In this document: piece after piece, positions 13,171-24,768 of the stretch
Position numbering within the stretch: position 1 is the stretch's first letter
Layout of the letters: each line of letters starts with the position of its first letter
Source of the DNA: Carcharhinus amblyrhynchos
Lineage: Eukaryota
Reading direction: 5' to 3'
DNA length: 64,000 bases
Assembly: GCA_965287045.1 (NCBI GenBank)
Contig: OZ336873.1
Span: 36,208,001 to 36,272,000, forward strand
Position numbers and translations under genes: made by a program
The notes under the pieces: model-generated
The model's input: the letters and a program-made list of their open reading frames with translations, nothing else
Told to the model about the DNA's origin: nothing
Database searches by the model: none

Positions 13171-13410
13171 AAGCTGAATAGCCCTAAGTACCCCAGCACT
13201 AATTTTAAAATTATTCCCCTTTATTCTGGATTCTTCCTAATCCGAGGAAGTAACTTTTTAATATCAAATTTATTGAATAGTTTTACTATTTTAATCACCT
13301 TGAATAGATCACACTTTAAGCTTCTAAAGTCAAAAAATACAAAACAAGTTTATAAAACAAATCCTCATAACTTAACCCTTTAACTCCTGCTTTGAAGTAA
13401 ATCCACATTC

Positions 13411-15389
13411 TGGTTCCGATTCTCCAGTGCCCCGGTGAATGGAGCGTCAGCCAAAAATCAGGCTTTCCAAGAGGCATGAGGGCTCTCGTGATTCACCCAA
13501 CCCAACCCACTGGCTCTGATTGGGCTCCTGCCCAGAGCATGCAGTAACTGGATAATTATGCAAATGCGCTATATTGAATGTCATTAGTGGGTTTGGCAGC
13601 CAATTTACCAGCCTCCAGCCATTCACCCAGCCTCAAGTGGGAGCAGCACTGGGCAGGCTTTACATGTGCTACCCACACACAGGGACAAGGTGTACTGGAC
13701 TCTGAGGGTCCAGGAGAGCACCACCAATTTCTCAGATAAGATGGGCATCCTCACCCCACCACCCAAATCACAGGTCACCCTCATCATGCAGGCCTGACCC
13801 TCCCCTCGGCCCCCCTCTCAGCACATATCCCCCCACTCAGCCTTTCTTCAGCTATGTGTCTTGGCAGTGCCAACAGTGCACTGCCCATGGCATCCTAGCA
13901 TTGAACCTTGGGTCCAAAGGGGGCTTGAGGAAGTAGGTCTATTGAACATTTCCCCTCTTCTGCTACCAGGCTGCGGAAGAAGGGTCTGACAGGGATCAGT
14001 TGCTTGAGTGGGCCTGGGTTGGGGCAAGGTGTGGACCTCACCACTCTCCACTGAAATGGGGGTGTCCTGGCTGGAAGACCTGGAGATCACCCCTGGCATG
14101 GTGATTTTATGATGTGGAGATACCAGCGTTGGACTGGGGTAAACACAGTAAGAAGTCGTACTTCAACACCAGGTTAAAGTCCAACAAGTTTATTTGGAGG
14201 CAAACATCACTAGCTTTCGGGGCTCTGCTACTTTTTCAGGTGAGTGGGGAGTTCTGATCACAAACAGAGCATATAAAGGCACACATCAGTTTACAGAATA
14301 CTGATTAGAATGCGAGTCTTTACAACTAATCAAGTCTTAAAGGTGCAGACAACGTGAGTGGAGATAGCATTAAGCACAGGTTAAAGAGATGTGTATTGTC
14401 TCCAGACAGGACAGTTAGTGAGATTTTGCAAGTCAAGGCAAGTCATGGGGGTTACAGATAGTGTGTCATGAACCCAGGATCCCGGATGAGGCCATCCTCA
14501 TATGTGTGGAACTTGGCTATCAGTCTCTGCTCAGCGACTTTGCGCTGTCGTGTGTCATGAAGGCTGCCTTGGAGAATGTTTACCCAAAGATCAGAGGCCG
14601 AATGCCTGTGGCCACTGAAGTGTTCCCCAAGAGGAAGAATTTCCCACCCTGCTAGGAGTACTTCATTCCGGCGAGGTTCAGACTAGCTCCCCACGTTTGG
14701 GGAACTAGCAGGAGACGCCATTAGAATGAAGAGGGGGCACTCAGGGCCCCCCAGGGGTTTGGGCAGTGGGGGGATGGTGCGCCCTGGGCATGAGCACTCT
14801 GGCAGTGCCAGCCAGTGCCCCTGGTACTGCCCATCAGGTATTGGGTGGTGCCAAGGAGGTGGTGCCTATTGTGGAGGGGGCCTAGTTGCAAATGGTGAGG
14901 GTGGGGGTTCCCACTGCCACTCTGCATTGGGATCAGTCTGGGATGCAGGAAGGGCAGAGATTGGGGTGAGCTAAGGGAGGGGGGGCTTGCCTCTGGAGGG
15001 TCTGACTCTGTGGTGAGGGTGGGGGGGGAGGTATTGCCACTGCTGGAGGATGAGGCCTGGACATTGGGGCAATCCGTGATGGGGGGGGGGGGTGCAGGCC
15101 TGGTCTGGGAATTGCTGTGGGGCTGCGATCGGGCTGTGGGAGAGGACTAGAGGGGCAGTACTGCGCGGGTCCTAGGCTGGCCAGTGATTGGGCTGGCCAG
15201 CAAATGGGAATGTGGCAGTTTGGGGCCACTGCGCGAATAGGCCCTGCCCCCCTGGGTTTTTAATGAGATTCATGACTGGCACCTCTTCAGTGCAGAGTGT
15301 AAAGATTCAGGTGAGAAGCTGAACTGTCCGAACTGTTGCAATCTAGAACAGTTTTCCCGCCAATTCAGCATTTTCAGGAGAATCGCCCC
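13411..15389. mobile_element. Non-autonomous TIR element interrupted by a Penelope copy
   Basis: Ends CGATTCTCC ... GGAGAATCGCCC form imperfect inverted termini; GC-rich interior. Confidence 0.55.
14109..14635 (-). mobile_element. Penelope-like element fragment
   Basis: Colinear with 6431-6974 (ATGATGTGGAGAT..GTTAAAGTCCAAC..GGAACTTGGCTATCAG..GCCTTGGAGAATG). Confidence 0.88.
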
Positions 15390-16342
15390 TGAACTGTCAA
15401 TTTCACCTGGGGATTGGATTGGGGCCTTCAATTCTGCATTGCTCTGCACTCAGTCCCAATGTGTGCACACAGCTTTGATTTGAAGTATCTGTGGCTTCCT
15501 AGCAAGTTGAAACTGTTGAAACCCTTTTCATTCCAATGGAACCCTTTGATCTGTAACAAATTCAAAGTGCAGTGCCTTGAAAAAGATTCCATTGCCAGCT
15601 CAATGGATTCCTATCATCCTCCAGCCACCTGTGTTTATCTTTATTTCCCTTCACGCTTGAACACACCTCAAGTACCCCTTTGATCCTGACCATAGTGTTG
15701 ACAGAATCTGATTGACAGCCTGTGGTTTAATTTGCTCTTTTACAAACCACAATCATTTTGAAGAAATATTTAAATGCAGGGTGCAATTGAGGCCACACAT
15801 ACAAGGAATAAAGTCCTCTCAACTTTATTAATAGAAAACTTGCTGAATGTTCAGACTGTGTGAAACCAGAGGCAAAGATTTTTTAAAGAGATTGCCAGAT
15901 TTACTGGGAGTTGCCAGGTTGCATTCACCTTTAGAATCTTTGCCCTCTCCGATCTCTTCTCGGAAAGTAGGGAATCGAGTAGAAGTCTTACTGGCGACAA
16001 AGTGTACTCCTTGCTACCCAGAACAATGACCCCTAGCACTGCAGGAACTGCAGCTGAGGAGCATTACAATCATTTACTTATCTGTACCTTTAGCATAGTC
16101 ACTGAAGTGATCATCAAGGCAATAAAGGATTGTTTGCACTCTCTGAATAGATCCTAATGGCTCCAATGCATAGTGTAGATTGTCTATTCCACAAAGTTAT
16201 AGTTTTCTGAGCAACTTCGTCATCTAACAAAGGCCTGGACATGCAGATTGCTGGAGAAGTGACCCCAATTTAAACAGCATGGATCGAAGCATCAGGAAGG
16301 ATAGACACTCAAGAGCAATCCTCAGTGACTGCTGCAAGGAAC

Positions 16343-16504
16343 GATGTGAAGATGCCGGTGTTGGACTGGGGTAAACACAGTAAGAAGTCTCACATCACAG
16401 GTTAAAGTCCAACAGGTTTATTTGGTGATTACATTTGGCTAGAGGCGTTTGCTACCAAATAAACCTGTTGGACTTTAACCTGGTGTTGAGAGACTTCTTA
16501 CTGT
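16343..16504. mobile_element. Fold-back Penelope pLTR remnant with 7-bp TSD
   Basis: Inverted arms at about 16377-16426 and 16454-16504; TSD AAGGAAC at 16336-16342 and 16505-16511. Confidence 0.85.
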
Positions 16505-16899
16505 AAGGAACACCAGAACTCAACTTATGACTGGAATCCTCTTATCTGTTTAATGCAGCGCAGCTATTTTCAACCACTGCCTTTAGTCCTTGAACATCTC
16601 CCCTACTTTCAAATAAATGACAAATCCTTCAGTTCAGTTTGCACTTTTGAACATCACATCAGCACATTCCTGCAGCCCACATAAACCTTACTCATCTGAT
16701 TGAATAAGTCAGCGTGAAATAAGTGAACCATTTCCCATGTTATTGTAATCTCCATGGATAACTGAGCATGACATAACTGCACATTCTCCTTTAATATAAG
16801 GGATTCAAAAGCAAACATAAACCAACCTGCTCTTTGCTCATAACATGAATCTTCTGGGTGTGTTAAACATGCTATTCTTTCTCTTGCCCATTCTCCCAG

Positions 16900-16957
16900 A
16901 CAGGCCAATGTTGTGGGAGCTGGCTGGCTACTCCTGTGGCAGATAGGGGTAATGGGG
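16900..16957 (+). other. Candidate small internal exon (58 nt, or 54 nt from the alternative AG at 16903)
   Basis: Long pyrimidine tract TTCTTTCTCTTGCCCATTCTCCCAG and donor GGG|GTAAGT in TE-poor sequence. No recognisable peptide. Confidence 0.25.
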
Positions 16958-18292
16958 GTAAGTTGCCTCTCCTTTAGAGGCAGTTCCTCTTGCTGACTAA
17001 GTAACCCTAGGATCTTTGGAGCCAGAATCTGACAGCAGCGACTGGCGTTGCTTCTGTGTACATTCCTAGCAATATATAAAATAACGGTGGAAACAAATAT
17101 AATTATTAAAGGCCTCATATATTGAACATTAAACAAATTTGAGGCAAAGCTGTTTCCCATATCATTAAGACATTATTCGGAAAGGTTTACACTGGAGTGT
17201 TCCAAACAATCCGTTATCAAAGAAAATATATCATTTTAAATCATATGACTTTTTCCCATTTGCATTCTAAATCTGTGGGAGGCCTTGTAATATGATTTGT
17301 AATACAGTACTTACAAGTCATTTATACAAACGCTGCTCTTTTTTGTTTTAAGCTCATTCCTTTGATGTCCTGCTCCTGCCAACAGGTGAATATGAATCAG
17401 CAGGAAACTTTAGATCTCATCTAATGAGTGTCTGTAATGAGTAATGCATAAAAGTCAGAACATTATGGTAAAGGGATTGTGCTGAGCTCCTGAGAAACAC
17501 ATCTTTGCTCCAAATTTTCTAAATTGTAGGCTTGAATAATGAAAAATTCAAGGGTTAAATGGGACAATCTGTATTCTGAGGCATTTCAGAGGCCTATTTA
17601 TTTTAATGCCTGAGGCATAAAAGAAACTTGCTTTTCTGGTGCACGGCATTCCCATTAGTTCAATGGGGATACTTCATCATGGAAAATTTTGCTTTGGGCA
17701 GAAAAGGAATAGGATACAAATACTCTCAGTTAGAAACAGATATACAAGGAAAGATTAATGTCTTCCTTTCTCTTCCCCAAGCCCACATACATAGATTGTT
17801 TCAGACTCTGGAGCTAAGCTTTATACTGTATTCTTAAAACAAGTGTATCTTTGTCTTTATTAATACAGCCTAAACAGTGTTTAAAAAGAGGCCATGGTGC
17901 AGAAACTAATCAGGTTTCTGTGACTTTGGATCCCAGGGTTTGTTAAAATGTCCCACGATATGATGCATGATTTATTCTCCAGTTGTGACACCACGTGGGA
18001 TGCATTCATTCCATAATAATTTCTATGATAGTCTCTTGTCACTGTTAACAAATGATTGATATTAATATCAATGTTCATTGTCTTTTAAGGAAATCTAATA
18101 CCAGCTAAGCTATCTCGCAAATTAAAGCAGATTTTTATTTGAGTGGACACTATTTCAAGTTGAGGTTTTTGTAGAAGTCAGTGAAGATTTGGTTAATCGA
18201 CAATGGAGCAAAAGATTGCAATCAAGATGTAACTAAATATTTACAGGATTGATAACAAAATATTTGTGCCTTGACACTATTTATGCGGTATA

Positions 18293-18590
18293 TGGGTGGC
18301 ACGGTGGCATAGTGGTTTGCACTATTACCACATAGCGCCAGGGACCCAGGTTTGATTCCTGGCTTGGGTCACTGTCTGAGTGGAGTCTGCGCATTCTCCC
18401 TGTGTCTGTGTGGGTTTCTTCTGGGTGCTCCGGTTTCCTCCCATATTCTGAAAGATGTGCTGGTTAGGTGCATTGGCCACGCTAAATTCTTCCTCAGTGC
18501 ACCCGAACACTGTGTGGCGACTGGGGGATTTTCACAGTAACTTCAGTGCAGTGTTAATGTAAGCCTACTTGTGACATTAATAAATAAAAT
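18293..18590 (+). mobile_element. HE1-type SINE, tail B
   Basis: Full head, V-domain and tail ending AATAAATAAA. Confidence 0.92.
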
Positions 18591-19861
18591 TAAAATACTT
18601 GGTGTTTCATTCCATGGTTTCAGTGCTGTGGTGAAATGGTTTTATGGAAATAATGTAGCATCTGTGGTTGGCAATTTCTTGAGGCTCATTAAATGAATGC
18701 ATTTTGCTAGAAAGACAACAAAATAGTTTTAACTATCATTGGTAAATACTTGCTAAGAAATGACCAAAGAAAGAAAACTTGGCATTTGCTGAATTCTTGG
18801 AGGAGAGACAGGGGAAGGATGCAGGCGGAAATGTTAATGAGAAGCAAATGAACTAAGAATCACTTGCGCATTATTGATTGGACATGCTTATGTTTACTCC
18901 TGTCTTCACCTAAAATATAGACCAATTCAAAAATGAGCTGTGGTATCAGATTTAATTGGTTCAATGTTCAGCAGTAAAATAAAAATAAGACTTATAGTTC
19001 ACTTAGAATCCAGTTATAAGTTGAACTTTTTGGGACCAGCGGGAAAATAGAGGTTGCTGCATTGAAATGGCTCCCTGATGCATTTCTATCTTTTGGGGAC
19101 TTCCCCAGGGGTAGGCTGGGAACTGGGATGGCTGCCCACTTCAAGGAGGAGAACAGCCATTCACTGTAACCTGGGTCCCATTTAGGAGCCATTTTGCACA
19201 GGTAGTAGTATTTTACCAACATTTTAGCTGGTCCTGCCATGTGCGGAGGCCTCCAGTTCAATCAATGTGGCTTCCTGATGGAAGGGCAAAGGATCATTAG
19301 AACCAAAGGCTCCATTCCCTATAATGGGGCTGTGGGGGATGAAAGGTTGCAGCCCTGATAGTGAATAGGTAGATGGAAGGATTTCTGCTCCCTCCCCCAG
19401 TACTCCATTCCTCCCCTCTACCCGCTCCCCCCCCCCCGCTCCCCCCCCCCCCCCCCACCGCCACACCCCCATCCTGATGCCATCTTGGCTTTACACCTCT
19501 TTCATTTGTTGATGTGCCCTTGCACTTGCCTGCCGGCCTCGGCAGCGTCCGATTCTCTCAGTGGGGCTTCGTTTTGGACCCTCTGATTGGACTGACAGCA
19601 TCAGGAACCTGCCCGCTGTCCTTAGTAGGACAATGAGTCTGGGTGTGGCCAATTACAGGAGGCATCTCTGAAGATGGTCTTGTGCTGCACTGGGTAGTGT
19701 CCCTGACTTTAAGCCAGAAGCTCAGAGTTTGAGTCTCGCCCCAGGACTTGTTAAGCAAGGAAGGTGCATTCATAACATGGCCATATAAGTTGAGTGTTAA
19801 CCTGCAAATCCTTCCAACATGACAGTGGCTGGTGGTAAGAGCAAGGAGACTCCTGGTCAGA

Positions 19862-20178
19862 CATAGAATCGTAGAATCTCTACAGTGCAGAAGGAGGCCA
19901 TTTGGACTATCGTCTGCACTGACCACAATCACATCCAGGCCCTATTTCTGTAACCCCTTATACTTAACCTGCTAATCCCCCGGCACTAGGGTTAATTTAG
20001 CATGGCCAATCAACCTAACCCGCACGTCTTTGTACTGCGGGAGGAAACCAGAAGAAACCCATGCAGACATGAGGAGAATGTGCACACTCTGCACAGAGAG
20101 TGACTAAAGACTGTAATTGAACCCGGATCCCTGGCACTGTGAGGCAGCAGTGCTAAACAGTGTGCCACCATGCTGCCA
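19862..20178 (-). mobile_element. HE1 SINE, tail A, inserted into an older tRNA-SINE-like element (about 19680-20290)
   Basis: CATAGAATCGTAGAATC tail, V-domain and head on the minus strand. The flanks have A/B-box-like older SINE sequence. Confidence 0.88.
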
Positions 20179-20731
20179 TGCTTGATGTAGAGTGGCTCTC
20201 CTCAGGTCCTAAGCTCCTAGCAACAGACTAGCAATCTGTTCCAGGAATAACTAGCTATGGAAACAGATGGAAGTCTGCCTCAGTGCGGGATGGGAATTGG
20301 AATAGGAATCTCCAAAGGTTGTGTTGGCAGATCCAGGGAACCATACGTTACCAATGTCAAGGTCCCAAAGTCAGCTGGAAAATCCATGTAGTTCTGATGG
20401 AAGGCCACAGATCTGAAACAAACTCTGGTTCTCTCTCCACAGATGCTACCAAACATGCTAAGTATTTCCAATATTTCCGCTCTTATTCTGTAATTTTCTA
20501 ATATCTGTCCTCAGTGGAAGTGGGAGCAGCCCAAGTGTAGTCATGACTTTAATTAAACGGTCGGCACATTTTCCAAAGCAACTTTATAGATTGTCTCCAC
20601 AAATAAAAATGAAATTAAATTCTAGCATTTTCTGCATGATCACTTCAGTTAGTCGGAGTGGCATTTACACTGGTTTTCAATCTGTCAGATGTATACCAAT
20701 AAAAATACAAATACCTGCAAAACCAGGCCTG

Positions 20732-21085
20732 GTAAACTTACTTGTGACAATAATAAATAAACATTATCGAGAATCTATCTACCTCTGCCCTAAAAATACA
20801 AGCGTAGCGTGGCTAACCTTTCCTCATAAGACAAGTTATTCCAGATGCTAGTCTAGTAAGCCTTTTCTGAACTGCTTTCAATGCATTTACAGATTTCCTT
20901 AAATAAGGAGACCAACATTGTACACAATATCCCAAATATGGTTTCACCAATGTTCTATATAACTGAAGCATGAACTTTGACTTTTAAATTCAATTCCCTT
21001 CATGATAAACGATGACATTCTATTAGTTTTCCCAATTACTTGCTGTACCTGAATACTAGCCTTTCATGATTCATGGGTGGTATGG
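20732..21085 (-). repeat. Local duplicate of a SINE-tail/CR1 composite (paralogous to 22069-22822)
   Basis: Shares the junctions CTTGTGA..AATAAACATTATC.AGAATCTATCTACC and AAAAATACAAGC with the second copy. Confidence 0.85.
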
Positions 21086-21166
21086 TGGTACATGAGTCAA
21101 TAAACATATTGATGCTTAACAAAAACCGAATCTATTGCTATATTCTATTTTGTAATTTGATTATTC

Positions 21167-21322
21167 ATAGTCCAAAGAAGTGCAGGTTAGGTGGATTGGC
21201 CATGGTAACTTTGTGGAGTTACAGCGATAAGGGGAAGGGGAGGGCCTGGGTACTCATTCAGAGAGTCAGTGCAGACTTGATGGGCCGAATGGCCTCTTTC
21301 TATACTGTAGAGATTCCATATA
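21167..21322 (+). mobile_element. 5'-truncated HE1 SINE, tail A
   Basis: AGTCCAAAG..GCAGGTTAGGTGGATTGGCCATG..GATGGGCCGAATGGCCTC. Confidence 0.8.
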
Positions 21323-21817
21323 TAAATTATTTTGTAAAGTTTGTGATAACAGGAATACGGACATAATGCATTCCAAATTGAACTTGCTCAAACTTAATAA
21401 ATGTCTGTTGCGTTTAACAAATACCTGTTTACAGATACTGACTATAATTTCCTCATTTCCCAGCTTTTAACTGAAAATAAAAATAACAATAATATTATAC
21501 AATGAAACAACATAATCACATTAATACATCAGCTTTCCTGAGGGACCAGGAGTGTATTTGGATATAACTGAAAGCAGTCTTCATTTTGGGGTCATTCTAC
21601 ATGTTGTGGACTACGCTGGCAGAACGACAAAGTCCATTCAACTGCCATGAAATTGCTTTCTTCAGAGTACAAGGGATTAACCGACAACCCACCCTTGGTA
21701 ACCATCTGCTCTGAGATCAAGAAAATTAGTTATTTCACACTTAACCAGCAGTTGAATAAATAGTTAGATAATACAACAAATGGGAAGAGACTGAAACTAT
21801 AAGAGATTGCTGAGTTT

Positions 21818-21900
21818 GGATGAGGTGTTAAATCGCCTACCTGCTCAGGTAGGTGTAAAAGATCCTACGGCAGTATTCAATGAAAAGTGTGGATGTTCTG
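21818..21900 (+). mobile_element. DeuSINE (AmnSINE1/SacSINE1-like) Deu-domain fragment
   Basis: GATGAGGTGTTAAATCG..CTCAGGTAGGTGTAAAAGATCCTACGGCAGTATT resembles the Deu core GATGAGACGTTAAACCG..CTCAGGTGGACGTAAAAGATCCCATGGCACTATT (recalled, not aligned). Confidence 0.6.
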
Positions 21901-22387
21901 ATGAACATATGAATTAGGTGTATGAATAGACCAATGGACCGTTCCAGCCTGCTCCACTATTCAATAAGATTATGGCTGATTTGATTGTAATCGCAACTCT
22001 CAACAATAACCTTTCACTCCTTTGCTTACCACAGGGGATTTCCACAGTAACTTAATTGTAGTGTTAATGTGAGCCTACTTGTGAACTAATAAACATTATC
22101 AAGAATCTATCTACCTGTACCCTAAAAATACAAGCCTAGTCTGGCTAGCCTTTCCTCATAAGACAACAAGCCCATTCCAGATGCTAGTCTAGTAAACCTT
22201 CTCTGAACTGCTTTCAATGCATTTACATATTTCCTTAAATAAAGAGATCAACATTGTATACAATACCCCAAATGTGGTTTCACCAATGTTCTATATAACT
22301 GAAGCGTGAACTTTTGACTTTTATATTCAATTCCCCTCATGATAAACAATGACATTCCATTAACTTTCCTAATTACTTGCTAGACCT

Positions 22388-22720
22388 AAGAACATAAGAA
22401 CATAAGAAATAGGAGCAGGAGTAGGCCATCTAGCCCTTCGAGCCTGACCCGCCATTCAATAAGATCATGGCTGATCTGAAGTGGCTCAGTTCCACTTTCC
22501 CGCTTTCTCCCCATAACCCTTAATTCCCTTGCCTACCAAAAACCTATCCACCCGTGTCTTACGTATATTTAGCGAGGTAGCCTCTACCACATCAACAGGC
22601 AGAGAATTCCAGAGATTCACCACCCTTTGAGTGAAGAAGTTCCTCCTCAACACCGTTCTAAACTCCCCCCCACTTATCTTGAGGCTGTGCCCTCTAGTCC
22701 TGCTGTCCTTTCTGAGTGGG
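22388..22720 (-). mobile_element. Young 5'-truncated CR1 copy
   Basis: (AAGAACAT)n tail; very similar to 52978-53310; CpGs retained. Confidence 0.92.
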
Positions 22721-22807
22721 CATCATCCATGCCCACTCACTCAGTACCCACTATGTACAGAACCAATTAGCCATATAATACCTGAATACTAGCCTTTTGT
22801 GATTCAT

Positions 22808-23072
22808 GGATGACATGGTAGTACGATGGTTAGCACTGCTGCCTCACAGCGTCAGGGACCCAGGTTTGGTCCCTAGCTTGAGTCATGGTCTGTGTGGAAT
22901 TTGCATGTTCTCCCTGTGTCTGCGTGGGTTTCCTCCCATGTTTAAAAGACGTGCTGGTTAGGTGCATTGACCTGAACAGGTGCCAGAATGTGGCGACTAG
23001 GGGAATTTCACAGTAACTTTATTGCAGTGTTAATGTAAGCCTTACTTGTGACTAATAAATAAGATTTAACTT
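22808..23072 (+). mobile_element. HE1-type SINE, tail B
   Basis: Head, V-domain and tail present. Confidence 0.9.
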
Positions 23073-23994
23073 TATGCAGTAGGATACCTAGATCTTTTTG
23101 CACCTCAGAACTCTGCAATCTCTCACCATTTAGATAACATGCTTCATTTTATATTTTCCCATCGAAGCTTTCCCTTAATATACACTGTTTGCCAGTTCTT
23201 TGCCAACACACTTAACCTACATGTCCCTTTGTAGCCTTCTTCTGACCTCTTCATTATTTACTTTCCTATCTATTTTTGTGTCATCAACAAATTTAACAAC
23301 CATACCATCATTCTCTTCATCCAAGTCGCTTACATAAATTGTAAAAAGTTGGAGTCTCAGCACTGATACCTGTGGCATGCCACTTGTTACATCTTGTCAA
23401 CCAGAAAAAAAATCATCTATGCGTACCCTTTGTTTCTTACTAGCCAGCCAATCTTATATCCATGCCAGTTGTTACCCCCTACGCAATGAACAAGGTACAG
23501 GACATCCACTAGTTCTCCTTTATCCACAGCACACATTACTTCTTCAAAAAATTGGTCATGTATGATTTCCCTTTCACAAAACCATATTGACTCTGTCTGA
23601 TTATCTTGACGTTTTCTAAAAGGCCTGCTATAACCTCCTTAATAATTGCTTCTAACACTTTCTCCATGACAGATGTTAAGTTAACTGACCTGTAGTTCCC
23701 TGCTTTCTGTCTCCTTCTCTTTTAGAATAAAGGAGTTATATTTGCTACTTTCCAATCTAATGGAAACTTTTCCTCCATGCCTCTTCCATACCCTTGCTGC
23801 ATCATCCATACCCACTCACTCAGTACCCACTATGTACAGAACCAATTAGCCATATAATAATTGTGGCAGGTATTCAGGAATACCCATTCAGGAATTATTT
23901 TAGTTATGTATATGTCATCGGATCTTGGAATGTACATACTGAGGGCGATCTGTAACATTTACAGTGATGGAAAATATTTTAATGGTATGTCCCA

Positions 23995-24210
23995 TACCAT
24001 TGTGCCATCAGCCATCCAGTTCCTATGTGCTGGAATTCCCTTCCTAAATCCCAATACCTCTCTTTCTTCCTTAAATGCTCCTCAAAACTTTCCTCTCTGT
24101 CGTCATGCCTTCTTCTTTGGATTGGAGCCAATATTTATCTGATTAGTTTCCTCTGAAGTACCATGAGACATTTCACAATATTGAAAGCTCTATATAAATG
24201 TAAATTGTTA
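23995..24210 (+). mobile_element. L2-like LINE 3' end
   Basis: CTGGAATTCCCTTCCTAAA..CTCCTCAAAAC..CTGAAGTACCATGAGACATTT..AAAGCTCTATATAAATG typical L2 terminus. Confidence 0.6.
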
Positions 24211-24490
24211 TCAAAAGTAGTAAAACTCCAAGCATTCTTTCACTACTTGTGGAGTTTTGAATTCAAACGTCAGTAGAGCTGTAATTACCCTGGAAGTTTC
24301 AGGTCATCAGATCCAGTGCAATCTGTTCTGAGATCGCTGGCACCAGTCTTTGTTGACACAGAGTTCTGTGAACAAGTATTACATGCATCACAAAAGCTGT
24401 TGTGTGAATGTTTAAAGGAAACATGGCTGGGAACAGTACAAGGCAAAACAATTAGTCATGATTTTCAGTGCATGTATTCTGAATCTTTCA

Positions 24491-24715
24491 TTTTTAAAAT
24501 ATTTTTTACCCCATTCTTAAAGTTACAAAGCCAATGCTCAGAATGGACCAGGTGGACCCGGCTTCATTCCTTGCTTGCTCCAAAAACCAAATTCAAATTC
24601 CAATTGAATCCAATTCAAGGTCCCCAGAAGGGAGAAAAAAACAAGATCCATGCTGACAAGATAAGGCATTGCATTTCATCTTTGGCTTGATCCGCTTGCT
24701 TTTAGCCAAAAGGCC
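24491..24715 (-). mobile_element. Candidate U2-snRNA-headed retroposon fragment
   Basis: Minus strand begins GGCCTTTTGGCTAA (U2 nt 11-24), then AAGCAAG.GGATCAAG, about 200 nt of body and an A-rich end. Confidence 0.45.
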
Positions 24716-24768
24716 AATATACAGAGCCTGTCATTAGATCCCCTATCAAAGCCAGCAAGTTAACATGG

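Larger units (their letters stand above)
21903..23775 (-). mobile_element. Older CR1 LINE fragment carrying nested insertions (SINE tail, young CR1, SINE)
   Basis: Reverse-complement CR1 ORF2 motifs (TTTTGTGTCATCAACAAATTT for KF.DDTK; CCTTTCACAAAACCAT for .GFVKG) and 3' UTR at the left end. Confidence 0.8.

Noticed and set aside
16654-17160. 168-aa minus-strand ORF
   Set aside because: No recognisable homology and weak splice signals; length is compatible with chance in 64 kb.
19427-19470. Poly-C/G tracts (also about 2110-2135, 5628-5650, 15080-15093) as G-quadruplex elements
   Set aside because: They are low-complexity runs, mostly inside GC-rich MITE-like repeats, with no independent sign of function.
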